From: Candidatus Latescibacterota bacterium | Lineage (GTDB): Bacteria; Latescibacterota; UBA2968; UBA8231 | Reading direction: 5' to 3' | DNA: 64,000 nt | NCBI GenBank assembly: GCA_964291625.2 | Contig: OZ220089.1 | Location: 320,001-384,000 of the forward strand | Shown: piece after piece, positions 18,403 through 28,336 of the stretch | Layout of the letters: each line of letters starts with the position of its first letter | How positions within the stretch are numbered: position 1 is the stretch's first letter | Translations under genes and position numbers: made by a program | The notes under the pieces: generated by a model | What the model was told of the DNA's origin: nothing | Databases searched by the model: none | What the model saw: the letters and a program-made list of their open reading frames with translations, nothing else

Positions 18403-20472
18403 CTAGAAGGCCTGCCCCACGTTCAGGTACACCGACGGCTTCGAGGTCATCTCCCCCCAGCCCAGGTCCAGACGCACGGGGAGGCCCGGGTCCCACCGCA
18501 GGCCGCCCCCGTAGCCGTCGACCATGCTCGACCAGCGGGCCTGCCGGGGGCGGCGCCAGGCGCCGGCGCGGTCCCAGAAGGCGACGACCCCGAACTGACG
18601 CCAGCGGATGCGCAGTTCGTTGCGCAGGTTGACCCCGGCCCGGCCGCCGCCCACGGCGCCGATGGTCCCCCGGTTGACGCCGCGCACCGAGCCCTCGCCC
18701 CCGAGCTGGATCCAGTACGGCTGGGGCAGCCTCCGGTCGCGGCGCAGGGATCCGGTCACCAGCCCCCGCAGGGCCTGGGCCCACACCAGCCACGGGCGGA
18801 TGCGCAGGTAGTTGCGGACCTCCATCTCGCCCGCCAGGACGCGGGTCCTGTCCCCGCCGAACTCCCAGGCGAAGAGCCCCGCCAGGCGCAGGAAGTCGCC
18901 CCGCGTCGGCGCGAGCTGGTTGTCGCGGGTGTCGCGCGCCAGGTCGATCCCGAAGTTCAGGGTGTTGGCGCGGTCCGTCAGCAGCCGCTGCCAGGTGCCG
19001 TCGATGGGGATCCAGCCGTCGTCGTAGGGGAAGGCGCTCCCGCCCTGGGCGCGGCGCCCCGAGGAGTCGCCGAAGGGATCGTCGCCCAGGCCGTCGTCCT
19101 CGGTTTCGGAATCGGGACCGTCCACCTCGCGCACCTCCAGGTCGATCCGCCGCCCGGAGAGGGGCTGAACGCGCCAACGGGTCCAGTCCGCGGTGAACGA
19201 CGCCTGGTAGACCCTCACCCCTTCGTCGTCCCGGAGCCGCCCCAGGCTCGCCTTCGCCTGCCACAGCCGCTTCACCGACGGATACCGGTACTCCAGTCGC
19301 CGGACGAACTCCGCCGCCGGGACCGGCCCCCCAAAGGGGCCCAGGAGGGTCTCGTTGACGATCGAGTGGTTGGCCGCCAGGAGCTCGAACTGCACCGAGT
19401 CCGCGGGATTGGCCTCCACGCGCGTCCGTCCCCAGTCGTCGGTCATGCCCGCCGAGAAGGTCAGGTCGAGGTCGGATCCCAGCAGGCCGTTCTCCGTCAG
19501 GAAGAGGGTCAGCCCCTGCAGGGGGCGGCCCAGGTTGGCCTCGGTGCCGATGCTGTTCCCCCGGCCGAGGAAGTTCGAGTGCCGCAGCCGCGCCGACAGG
19601 CCGGGCTCGTTGTTGTTGATGAAGGCCCGCGCCCCCAGGCGCCGGAAGGGCCGTTCCTGCAGGTGCAGGACCACGGGCTGCACGCTGTCTCCGGCAGCCT
19701 GCTCCGGCGTCTCCAGGGTCACCGAGCGGAACAGGCCGGTGCGGGCCAGGGCGTTCCTGGAGGCCCGCACGGCCTCCGGGTCGTAGAGGGTTCCTTCCCG
19801 GAAGGTGATGTGGCGCTCGATCAGCGACCGGCGGGTCTGGAGATCCTCGCCCTCCAGGCGGATGGGGCCGAAGTACATCCTCGGCCCCGGAATCACCTCG
19901 AAGGTGACCGATCCCAGCTGCCGCTCGACATCGAAGTCCAGCCGGTTGCTCACCGCGGCATGGGGGAAGCCCTCCTGGTTGAGCAGGCCCAGCAGGGCGC
20001 GCTCGTCGCGCAGCACGTCCCCGTAGCGCAGCACGTCCCCGGCCCGCAGGCCCACCCGGGACTCCAGGTCCGGCAGCGGCGCCTTCCCCGGGACCGCCTC
20101 GATGTCGACCGCCGAGATCCGCCACTGCAGGCCGCTGGCGATCCACAGGCGCAGGTGGAGGCGGCCCCTGTCGTCGAGGTAATACCGGCGGCGCTCGATG
20201 TCCACGTCCATGTACCCGCGGCTGCGGTAGCGGTTCACGATCTCCGACAGGTCGGCCCGGTAGAACCGGACCCGGAAGCGTTTCCCCTCCCGGGTCTCCA
20301 TCGCCGCCCGCAGCTCGTGGTTGGTGATCGGCTTGTCCTGCAGATGCTCGAAGCGGATGCTCTCCACCTTCGGCTCGCCGAGGTCCCGCAGCTCCACCGG
20401 CCGCAGGGAGCCCTGGGCCTCGGCCCGCCCCCACAGTGCGAGGGACAGCAGGAGAAGGAGACCAGGCCTCAC
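18403..20472 (-). CDS. Omp85 family TamA/BamA-like outer membrane protein (POTRA domains + beta-barrel)
   Basis: Signal peptide; POTRA motifs YRSRGY, NQEGF, RTGLFRSV; HSNFLGRG; DTRDNQLAPTRG; GGEGSVRG; C-terminal YLNVGQAF. Confidence 0.88.
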   Translation of the reverse strand: MRPGLLLLLSLALWGRAEAQGSLRPVELRDLGEPKVESIRFEHLQDKPITNHELRAAMETREGKRFRVRFYRADLSEIVNRYRSRGYMDVDIERRRYYLDDRGRLHLRLWIASGLQWRISAVDIEAVPGKAPLPDLESRVGLRAGDVLRYGDVLRDERALLGLLNQEGFPHAAVSNRLDFDVERQLGSVTFEVIPGPRMYFGPIRLEGEDLQTRRSLIERHITFREGTLYDPEAVRASRNALARTGLFRSVTLETPEQAAGDSVQPVVLHLQERPFRRLGARAFINNNEPGLSARLRHSNFLGRGNSIGTEANLGRPLQGLTLFLTENGLLGSDLDLTFSAGMTDDWGRTRVEANPADSVQFELLAANHSIVNETLLGPFGGPVPAAEFVRRLEYRYPSVKRLWQAKASLGRLRDDEGVRVYQASFTADWTRWRVQPLSGRRIDLEVREVDGPDSETEDDGLGDDPFGDSSGRRAQGGSAFPYDDGWIPIDGTWQRLLTDRANTLNFGIDLARDTRDNQLAPTRGDFLRLAGLFAWEFGGDRTRVLAGEMEVRNYLRIRPWLVWAQALRGLVTGSLRRDRRLPQPYWIQLGGEGSVRGVNRGTIGAVGGGRAGVNLRNELRIRWRQFGVVAFWDRAGAWRRPRQARWSSMVDGYGGGLRWDPGLPVRLDLGWGEMTSKPSVYLNVGQAF

Positions 20473-20473
20473 T

Positions 20474-23400
20474 TCAGAAGTCCCTGCTCACCTCGAGGCC
20501 CATGCCGTAGAGCTCGTACTGGGAGTGGGCGGTGGCCTCGAGCAGCAGCCACGAGGTGATCGGGTACTCGACCTCGAACTGCCCGAGGGAGGGCTCCTTG
20601 GTGACCGCCTCGTAGCGGACCCACATCGGCAGGGGCCAGGTCAGACGCTTGCCGATGCGGATCGAGCTCTCGCCGATGGTCCCCTGGGCGGTCCCCGAGG
20701 GCAGCAGCAGGAACTCGTCCAGCCCGGTCTTCTGCACCCGTCCGAGCAGCAGTTGCCCCGCCGCCGTGTACAGGGCCCCCGAGTAGTTGTACCGGTTCTG
20801 GTCGAGGGTGCCGAAGGCCAGGAGCCCGTAGATCTGCAACTGGCCGAGGCCCGGGGATGTGAAGTCCGGGTCCGGCGCCAGCACCGTCCCCTCGAGGCTC
20901 AGGGTCACCTCCACCTCCTCGTCCTCGTCGGGGTCCCTGACCCGGGCGACGGCCTCCAGGTCGAACTCGGGATCGAGCAGGATGGGGTCGTGTATCAGGT
21001 CGAGGATCGAGTAGGTCGGCACCAGTTTGTCGAGGACGACGCGCCCCCCCGGGGTGAAGTCGAAGGGCCGGGTGAGGAGGATCACCGTTCCCTCGATGAC
21101 CTCCAGCTCCCCCTGGAACCGGGGCTTGTAGAACGTCCCATAGACCCGCACCCTGCCGTCGACATCGATGTCCAGGAGCTCGGACCGGGACTTGAGTTCC
21201 ACGATGTCCACGTAGACGTCCATCGCGACTCCCCCGAGCAGCGGGTCCTGCACGGCCGGCGGCGGCGGCACCGGTCCGGTCAGCTCCACGAGCTGGACTT
21301 CCGACAGGGACTGGTTCAGGGTGACCCTCCCTTTCAGAAGGGAGCCATGCCGCTCCCCCGTCAGGGCCAGGTCGAGATCGACCCGGGGAGCCGCGAAGTG
21401 GTCGCTGTAGTTGTACGGCACCTCCCCCGACAGGCGCAGCTCGTAGTCGACTCCATCCAGGGTGGCCGCCTCGACCCACCCCCGCAGCTGCAGATGCCCG
21501 GGGCCCTGGGTGGGGTCGCCCAGGAAGCCCACCAGCTCGCCCCGGGTCCCACCGCCGGCCCTCGGGGCCAGCTCCAGGCGCCCCTGTGGGAAACGGTACC
21601 CGGGCCGGATGTTGATCAGGGAGAAGCCGAGGTCCTCGACCTCCACCTGGCCGGTGATCCTCGGCCGGCCCTGAAGGGAGTCGGCCGCCAGATCGAGGCG
21701 GACCCGGCCCTCCAGGCTCTCCAGCGGCAACCGGTCGAGGAAGACCAGCAGGTCGATGCCTTCGGACCGGGCCGTCAGCGAAAGCCCCTCCCACGCGGGC
21801 TTCCCCTCGGCGACGGGGACGGCGGCGGTCACCAGCAGGCTGTCCTCCACCAGGGTTACCCAGGCGCCGCGGGCCGACAACGATTCGGCGCCGGCCGACA
21901 GACTCGCCTCCAGGTATCCCAGGTCGTCGAGGTCGACATGGGCCCGGGCGCCGAGGGAGGCTCCCCCAGGGCCGGAGACGAACTCGAGGCTTCCGTCGAT
22001 CCACCCCGCCGGCAGGCGGGGTCCACCGGGAATCGCCAGGGTCACGGCCTCCAGGTCCACCTCTCTCAGGCGAAGCCGGGCCGCGCCCCGGACCTTTCCG
22101 GGGTCCCCTTCGAGGCCCAGAATACCAGCCTTCTCGTAGCCGCCGGCGCCCCGCGGCCCGGCCCCCTCGTCGAGCTCGAGGACATGGCGACGGAAGACGA
22201 GGACGGGCATCTCCAGGCCCTCGATGCTCGCCTGCCCGCTCGTCAGGCTCGCCGAGGCCGGTTCCGGCAGGTGCAGGCGCAGCCGGTCCCGGTCCACGGT
22301 CAACTCGCTCAGAGTGAGGTGGCCCGCCAGGTCGAACCAGTCGAATCCCTCCAGGGCCCTGGCCGCCGGCAGGCCCAGATTCCCCTCGGCGCTCACCCTC
22401 AGGCCGGTGGAGTCCTCGAGGACCCAGGTCGCCAGCCAGGAGGCGTCGAGGCCGTCCGCCCGCAGCCGCATCCCCAGGCTGTCGCTCCCGGCCGGAGGCC
22501 CTCCCCTGACCACGGACGAGGGGGCCTCGACCTGGACGGCCAGTTGGACCGCGCTCGAGGTGTCCTGGCGCAGCTCGAGGGCCGCCCGCAGGCTGTCCCC
22601 CAGGGCGATCGTCGAGCTCAGGGCGCCGATCCGTCGACCCTGGAGAGCGAGGGCCTCCAGATCCACCTGGAGCGCCAGGTCGGGCGCCGACGGGGCGCCC
22701 TCGAGCCGCAGGTCGGCCCGGCCCCGGGCCGTCAGGTCCTCGATGCCCGTCGACTCCACCGAGTCCAGGGCCGCCGCCAGGTCGATCCGACCGCCGTCGA
22801 TCCCGGCCTTCAGACGGACCTCCCCGAGAGGCGTGCGCACGCGGCTGCGATGCAGGGTGCCGCGGCCCCCCGCGTACTCGAAGACCGAGGCGCCACTCAG
22901 GACCAGGGGCCAGCCTCCGAGGGTGGCCGCCGCTTCGTCGAGGCGCACTTCCAGGGAACCGGCCATCGGGTCGCGCAGGTCGCCGCGGGCCGACGCCCGG
23001 CCGCGGACCCGCAACGAGTCCGGGGCTCCGACCCGCCGCAGGACCGCATCCTCCAGGAGGGCTTCCACCTCGGTCCGGCCCGTCGAATCGACCCGGGTCA
23101 GCAGGTCGACCCCCGGAGCGGTCGCCGCCACCTCGACGGCTCCCCGCGCGTAGTCGGCGGCCAGGCTCGTCGGGCCCAGGCTCCATCCGGCGAGGCGCAG
23201 ATCGTCCACCTGCAACTGCAGGCCGCCGCGGCCGTCCTGCCCGAGCAGGCCGTCGGCGGCGGCGCGGCCCGACGCACGACCCTCCACCAATGGGCCGACC
23301 TGGGACAGCTCCAGGTCCAGGGCCGCCGCCGACAGCGTGTCCAGCTGCGGGGAGGCCAGGTCGGTGCGCAGGCGGGCGCTCAGCTGCCCCGTGCCGAGGC

Positions 23401-24823
23401 GCAGCGACAGATCGAGGCGACGGAGGTCGCGCAGGGCGGCCTCGGCCACGAGGGGCCCGGGCAGGTCGAGGCCGAAGGGCATCTCCTCCGACTGCAGCCG
23501 CAGGTCGAGGATCCCCGGCCGCCAGCGGCCGCGCGCCGACGCGGGCAGGGGGGAGCCGAGCCAGGGACCCAGGTCGAGGGCCCCCGCCAGTTGCAGGTCG
23601 TAGAGCCCGGTCTCCAGCGACAGGTCGCCCGAGGCCGTCAGCTCACCGAGAGTGCGGCTGCGCGCCGTCAGCCGCACCCCTTCCCCCTCGATCGAGCCGT
23701 CGAGGCCGAGGTCGACCGGTTCCGGGGCGATCCCTTCCAGCCCGGAGAACCTCAGCGCCATGGAGGCCCGGGGAGAGGAGACGGACCCGTCCACGGTCAA
23801 CCGGCCGTCGAGGATGCCGGCGTAGCCCGCGAGGGGCAGTCGCGCCAGGTCGACATCCCGGACCTCCAGCTCCGTCTGCAGGCGGCCCCCGGCCGGCCGG
23901 TAGCCGCCGCGGCCTGCGAGGGTACCGCCCGCGGCCTGCAGCCACAGCGAGTCGGCCCGGAGCCCCGAGGTGTCCATACGGCCGGACATGGCCAGACCCA
24001 CCTCTCCGAGACCCGGCTCGCTCCCCTCCCCGAGAGCCCGCACATCGATTCGCGGCGGCCAGGACGGACCCCGGGCCGTCACCTCGAGCCGATCCACCTG
24101 CATCGACCCCACCCGGCCCTCCAGGGTCAGGCGCACGTCGACTTCCATGGGAGAGCCGAGCTCGAGTCTCCCCCGCCCGCCCAGCGTGCCCTGTCCGACA
24201 CCGGCAGCCCTCCATTCGGCCCGGACCTCCTTGAGCTCCACCTCGCCCCACCCCAGGCGCCAGCGCGTGCTCAGGCGGCCGTCGGCGGAGGAGGAATCGG
24301 AGACGATCGACCAGGCTTCGGCCGAGAGATCGAGGACCGCCGACGGCGGCGACTCCCCGGGTGCGAGGCGGGCCTCGATGCCCCGGAGCGCGACGGACGG
24401 GCCGTGCTCGGGGCTCACCTCGAAGACCCCGTCGACGATGTCGACTCGCGGCAGGTCGTCCACCGGCAGCAGCGGTGCCGCGCCGGAGGGCGGAACCGGT
24501 CCGGATGCCTCGCCGGCGGTGTCGGCGACGGCCCGCGGCCTCCAGCGGACCTCGGGCGCCCGCAGCGACAGCCCCCAGTCCCAGGGGTGCAGAACCAGTT
24601 CCTGAACCCGGGCCTCGAGACCGTCGGTGGTCGCCGCCAGGCCGCCGAACCGCGGCGACGCGATCAGCAGGCCTCCGGTCTCGTCGATGTGCAGGGACCA
24701 GCCCCGGAAGCCGGCCACCGACTCGGCGGCCCGGGCGGCGAGCCAGACGCCGGCCGGGGTCGCCAGCAGCACGACCACCGCCGCGGCCAGCGCCCCGAGT
24801 GCGGCCAGGAGACGTGGAGACAA
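20474..24823 (-). CDS. TamB/AsmA-like (DUF490) translocation and assembly protein
   Basis: 1449 aa; N-terminal TM anchor; beta-taco-like Gly/Leu-rich repeats; C-terminal IGKRLT...QFEVEYPITSWL; adjacent to the Omp85 gene. Confidence 0.82.
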   Translation of the reverse strand: MSPRLLAALGALAAAVVVLLATPAGVWLAARAAESVAGFRGWSLHIDETGGLLIASPRFGGLAATTDGLEARVQELVLHPWDWGLSLRAPEVRWRPRAVADTAGEASGPVPPSGAAPLLPVDDLPRVDIVDGVFEVSPEHGPSVALRGIEARLAPGESPPSAVLDLSAEAWSIVSDSSSADGRLSTRWRLGWGEVELKEVRAEWRAAGVGQGTLGGRGRLELGSPMEVDVRLTLEGRVGSMQVDRLEVTARGPSWPPRIDVRALGEGSEPGLGEVGLAMSGRMDTSGLRADSLWLQAAGGTLAGRGGYRPAGGRLQTELEVRDVDLARLPLAGYAGILDGRLTVDGSVSSPRASMALRFSGLEGIAPEPVDLGLDGSIEGEGVRLTARSRTLGELTASGDLSLETGLYDLQLAGALDLGPWLGSPLPASARGRWRPGILDLRLQSEEMPFGLDLPGPLVAEAALRDLRRLDLSLRLGTGQLSARLRTDLASPQLDTLSAAALDLELSQVGPLVEGRASGRAAADGLLGQDGRGGLQLQVDDLRLAGWSLGPTSLAADYARGAVEVAATAPGVDLLTRVDSTGRTEVEALLEDAVLRRVGAPDSLRVRGRASARGDLRDPMAGSLEVRLDEAAATLGGWPLVLSGASVFEYAGGRGTLHRSRVRTPLGEVRLKAGIDGGRIDLAAALDSVESTGIEDLTARGRADLRLEGAPSAPDLALQVDLEALALQGRRIGALSSTIALGDSLRAALELRQDTSSAVQLAVQVEAPSSVVRGGPPAGSDSLGMRLRADGLDASWLATWVLEDSTGLRVSAEGNLGLPAARALEGFDWFDLAGHLTLSELTVDRDRLRLHLPEPASASLTSGQASIEGLEMPVLVFRRHVLELDEGAGPRGAGGYEKAGILGLEGDPGKVRGAARLRLREVDLEAVTLAIPGGPRLPAGWIDGSLEFVSGPGGASLGARAHVDLDDLGYLEASLSAGAESLSARGAWVTLVEDSLLVTAAVPVAEGKPAWEGLSLTARSEGIDLLVFLDRLPLESLEGRVRLDLAADSLQGRPRITGQVEVEDLGFSLINIRPGYRFPQGRLELAPRAGGGTRGELVGFLGDPTQGPGHLQLRGWVEAATLDGVDYELRLSGEVPYNYSDHFAAPRVDLDLALTGERHGSLLKGRVTLNQSLSEVQLVELTGPVPPPPAVQDPLLGGVAMDVYVDIVELKSRSELLDIDVDGRVRVYGTFYKPRFQGELEVIEGTVILLTRPFDFTPGGRVVLDKLVPTYSILDLIHDPILLDPEFDLEAVARVRDPDEDEEVEVTLSLEGTVLAPDPDFTSPGLGQLQIYGLLAFGTLDQNRYNYSGALYTAAGQLLLGRVQKTGLDEFLLLPSGTAQGTIGESSIRIGKRLTWPLPMWVRYEAVTKEPSLGQFEVEYPITSWLLLEATAHSQYELYGMGLEVSRDF

Positions 24824-24839
24824 CGGAGGCCGCCGCGCC

Positions 24840-25660
24840 TCAGCGCAGCCTCTGCAGCTGGGCAGGTGGCACGAAGAGGGAGTCGGGGAGGGGTTTCGCC
24901 TCGAGCCGAAGGATCTTGCGGGAGAGCCGCAGGACCCGCTTCTCGGCGCCCCCGTCGACGGCGGTGAAGACCTCCAGCCGGGAGCGCATGGCGAAGCCCT
25001 TCAGGGCCCCCAGCTCCTGCTCGAGGCGCCCGGGATCCTCCTGGGCATCTCCGAGGCCGCTGCCCGCCAGGCCGACGGGCGGGATCGAGGTGCGCTCCTT
25101 CTGCAACCGGAGGAAGGCGTTGATCTCGTCGTAGCCGGGAAAGCCCTCGGCCATCCACGCCTGGTAGAGGTAGCGGTTCGTGCGCGCCACCTCCCGCGTA
25201 CCGGGGCGGAAGTGCCGCGCCGTCATCTCCGCCGCCATGCGGCGGCAGAGGATGCCGGCGATCCTCGTGGTATCGGGCAGGGTCCGGGTGCGGAAGGAAA
25301 CCTCGCGGTCGGGGGCTTCCTTCGGCGCCGCCGCCGGCTTCACGGGGGGCAGCGGCTCCTGGCGCCAGGTCAGGGCCGCGCGGTCGATGTCGTAGATCCG
25401 GCCCTGGTCGAGGCGCAGGATCTGAGTCGACTGCAGGCTCTGGCCCTGGCTCGTCAGGATCCTGGCCATGCGCTTGGAGGTCTCGATGTCGGTGCTGACC
25501 CGCTGCCTGGATCCCTTGATGTAGACCTTGTGCAGGGTGCGGCTGGCGCCGCGCTTGCCCGGGCCGACGCCGGGGTGGACGACCTCCTCCTCGTAGTACA
25601 CGTCGCCCGGGCCGCACAGGCGCCGGCCAGCAACGCAACGGCCCAGTAGAGCTGCCTCAT
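24840..25660 (-). pseudogene. Secreted hypothetical protein (DUF4412-like) with an apparent single-base frameshift near 25605
   Basis: The signal peptide MRQLYWAVALLAGACAARA starts at ATG 25660, one frame off the body DVYYEEE...SLFVPPA (24840-25604). May be a sequencing error. Confidence 0.6.
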
Positions 25661-25902
25661 GGTCGACTCCGTCGACGGGGGGTCCGAGCGGGGAATATAG
25701 GCAGGCGGTGGCAGCAGCGAAGCCCCGCCATCGGGTGCACCCGCCTGTGGAGGAAAGAGGAGTTTCCGGGAAGGCTGGAGGGAAAGGGCCGCCCGGACCG
25801 CTGCAATCTCACCGGGGTTCCGGGATCCCGGAGAGGCCGCAGGCGACAACGTGGAGCGGGCGCCTCTCCGGGCAGGCGACGGGCGGTGGCTCGCGGCTCC
25901 TC

Positions 25903-26295
25903 TCAGCGTATGCCGATGGTCTCGACCCCGTGTTCCCGGAGCTGATCCAGGAAGGTGATGATCTCGTCGTACGGAAGCTCCCCGGAGCCGGTGAACATCA
26001 CCTTGCGCTTGGCCCCGGACCCCGCCCGGTGGAACTCGTCGATCTTGCGCAGGAGCTCCTCCATGGTGACCTCCTTGGTATCCAGGAGGATGCGCCGGTC
26101 CGCGGTGTACTCCACGATCGGGTCCGGCTTGACCTGGCCCGACGCCGCGCCCGCCCCCTGGGGGAGGGTGGCCGAGAGCGTCTGGAAGATGATCGGCGTG
26201 ATGACCATGAAACCGAGCAGGAGCGAGAGCGATACATCCGCCAGGGGCGTGACGTTGATCGACGACTCGGACCGGGTGCTCTTCGTCGTGTACAT
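25903..26295 (-). CDS. exbD: ExbD/TolR family protein (canonical Asp)
   Basis: INVTPLADVSLSLLLGFMV; C-terminal LPYDEIITFLDQLREHGV. Confidence 0.85.
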   Translation of the reverse strand: MYTTKSTRSESSINVTPLADVSLSLLLGFMVITPIIFQTLSATLPQGAGAASGQVKPDPIVEYTADRRILLDTKEVTMEELLRKIDEFHRAGSGAKRKVMFTGSGELPYDEIITFLDQLREHGVETIGIR

Positions 26296-26296
26296 C

Positions 26297-26737
26297 TCAG
26301 CCTCCCCCTTTCTTCTTGGCGATCAGCTCAACGCCCGAGGCACCCGCGTTCTGACAGATCTCGATCAGCTGGAGGATGTCGCTGTAGGGACGGTTGCGGG
26401 CCCCCTTGATGACGACGGGCAGGTGTTCCTTGCCCTGGTACACCCGGGCCAGCTCCTCGCGCAGACCTTCGAGCGGGACTTCGCGCGTGTTCAGGTAGAG
26501 GCGGCCGTCACTCTTGCACGAGATGACCACGTGCTCCTGGCCCTGCTCGTTGATCTCGGTCAGGTTCACCGCTTCCGGGGTGTTGACGCGGATGCCCTCC
26601 TGGATGATGGGCATGACCACCATGAAGACGATGAGCAGGACCAGCGCCACGTTCACCAGGGGGGTCACGTCGGGCATGGGGCTCTGGGGCGGCCGCGCCC
26701 GCAGGGTCAGGCTGTCGAAGGCCCTCTTCTTGGCCAT
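26297..26737 (-). CDS. exbD: ExbD/TolR family protein (TM Asp replaced by Asn)
   Basis: PDVTPLVNVALVLLIVFMV; VVIKGARNRPYSDILQLIE. Confidence 0.85.
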   Translation of the reverse strand: MAKKRAFDSLTLRARPPQSPMPDVTPLVNVALVLLIVFMVVMPIIQEGIRVNTPEAVNLTEINEQGQEHVVISCKSDGRLYLNTREVPLEGLREELARVYQGKEHLPVVIKGARNRPYSDILQLIEICQNAGASGVELIAKKKGGG

Positions 26738-26750
26738 CGCGGGCCTCCCT

Positions 26751-27443
26751 TCAGGCCGCTCGCCTGGCGCGGAGCAGGCGGCGGACGCAGTGGCCCGAGA
26801 GGCGGGAGGCGGAGTTGTGAAGCCCGATGGCGAGGTTGTCCACCCGGCTCATGAAGACGTTGTAGGCCCACAGGGCCGGCATGGCCACGAACAGGCCGAT
26901 GACCGTCGTCACCAGGGCCTCCGAGATGCCGGCGGAGACCGCGGCCAGTCCGCCGCCGCCGCCCGAGGCGATCCCCCTGAAGGCCGAGATCAGTCCCGTG
27001 ACCGTTCCGAAGAGGCCGAGGAACGGCGCCACGCCCACGATCGTGGCCATGCCGGGCAGGCGCACCCGCAGGTTGGCCACGGCCACGTCCAGTCCGCGTC
27101 CCACCTCGACCTCCACGCCTTCCGTCACCAACTGGTCGGACTCCTCCTCGCGCCTGAGCATGACGTACTCCCTCAGGGCGCCGCGCAGCACCGTGGCCAG
27201 CGGATTGTGGCCCGCCTCCTCGGCCTGCTGCACCCTGCCGCTCAGTTCGTCGACATCGACACTGCTGTCGATGGCGGCCTCGAAGTCCGCCGCCAGCGCC
27301 TCCGACCTCTCGCGCGCCCAGCGCAGCGCCAGGACGCGGTCGATCATGACGGCGTAGGAGTAGATGGAGAGCACCGCCAGGACGATGACCACCGTCTTGC
27401 CGGTGAAGGCCATTGCGTTCCACAACTCGCTGATCAGTTCCAT
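26751..27443 (-). CDS. exbB: MotA/TolQ/ExbB proton channel protein
   Basis: APFLGLFGTVTGLI; GISEALVTTVIGLFVAMPA; AGGAGG RBS upstream. Confidence 0.9.
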   Translation of the reverse strand: MELISELWNAMAFTGKTVVIVLAVLSIYSYAVMIDRVLALRWARERSEALAADFEAAIDSSVDVDELSGRVQQAEEAGHNPLATVLRGALREYVMLRREEESDQLVTEGVEVEVGRGLDVAVANLRVRLPGMATIVGVAPFLGLFGTVTGLISAFRGIASGGGGGLAAVSAGISEALVTTVIGLFVAMPALWAYNVFMSRVDNLAIGLHNSASRLSGHCVRRLLRARRAA

Positions 27444-27461
27444 GGTACCACACCTCCTGTT

Positions 27462-28316
27462 TCAGGTTCTCAAACCAGTGAAGAGGAGATTCCTGACGAT
27501 GAATCTCTGGGCGAGGAAGAAGAGGACCAGCAGCGGCGCCAGGGCCACGGCGCTGGCCGCCATCAGGTAATGCACGAAAGCGCCGCCCTCGACCTGCTGA
27601 TACATGCGCAGTCCCAGCGAAATCGGATAGCGCTCGTAGTCGGACAGGTAGATGAGAGGCATCATGAACTCCTGCCAGTGCTGGATGAAGCACAGGACGC
27701 CGACGGTGAGCATGACGGGCCTGGCCAGGGGCACGAAGAGGTTCGCGTAGATGCGCAACTCGCTGGCGCCGTCGATCCTCGCCGCATCGATCAAATCGCC
27801 GGGAACCCCCCTGAAGAACTGGCGGAAGAGGAAGATGAAGAAGGCGCTGCCCCCCAGCCACGCCGGCACGATGAGGGGCTTGTAGGTGTTGATCCACCCG
27901 AGGTTCTTGTAGATGAGGTAGTGGGGGATCAGCAGCACCTGCCCCGGGAGCATCAGAGTGGCCAGGAGCAGTGCGAACCACAGGTCGCGGCCTCGCCACC
28001 GAAGGCGGGCAAAGGCATAGCCCACGAGGGAACCGGTCAACAACTGGCCGGCGGTGACGGCCAGGGTGATCACCAGGGTATTCCCGATGAAGCGCAGGAA
28101 GGGCAGCTTGGAGAGAGCCTCGGGGTAGTTCTCCAGCTGTGGCGGCCAGTGGAAGAAGGTGGGCGGAAAGCGGTAGACCTCGATCAGAGGCTTGAAGGAC
28201 GCTCCCACGGCCCACACGACGGGAAAGAGGAAGACGACCGACAGGCCGAGGGCCACGGCGTACAGGACCCCCCGGAACAACCCGCGCCGCAGGCGGTAGT
28301 ACCGGCTCGACTTCAT
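27462..28316 (-). CDS. Carbohydrate ABC transporter permease (MalG-like)
   Basis: EAA loop DLIDAARIDGASELRIY; GYAFARLRWRGR. Only the 3' part of the 810-aa track ORF is real; an alternative TTG start lies at 28340. Confidence 0.9.
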   Translation of the reverse strand: MKSSRYYRLRRGLFRGVLYAVALGLSVVFLFPVVWAVGASFKPLIEVYRFPPTFFHWPPQLENYPEALSKLPFLRFIGNTLVITLAVTAGQLLTGSLVGYAFARLRWRGRDLWFALLLATLMLPGQVLLIPHYLIYKNLGWINTYKPLIVPAWLGGSAFFIFLFRQFFRGVPGDLIDAARIDGASELRIYANLFVPLARPVMLTVGVLCFIQHWQEFMMPLIYLSDYERYPISLGLRMYQQVEGGAFVHYLMAASAVALAPLLVLFFLAQRFIVRNLLFTGLRT

Positions 28317-28336
28317 GGGATGACGGCTCACGGTGG

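Noticed and set aside
16139-24967. Very long alternative ORFs (1431, 1406 and 1548 aa), and similar ones at 33-1085, 2842-5301, 40219-43302, 53545-57228 and 58282-61032
   Set aside because: Antisense or off-frame shadows of well-supported genes in high-GC DNA; R/G/P/A-rich with no motifs.
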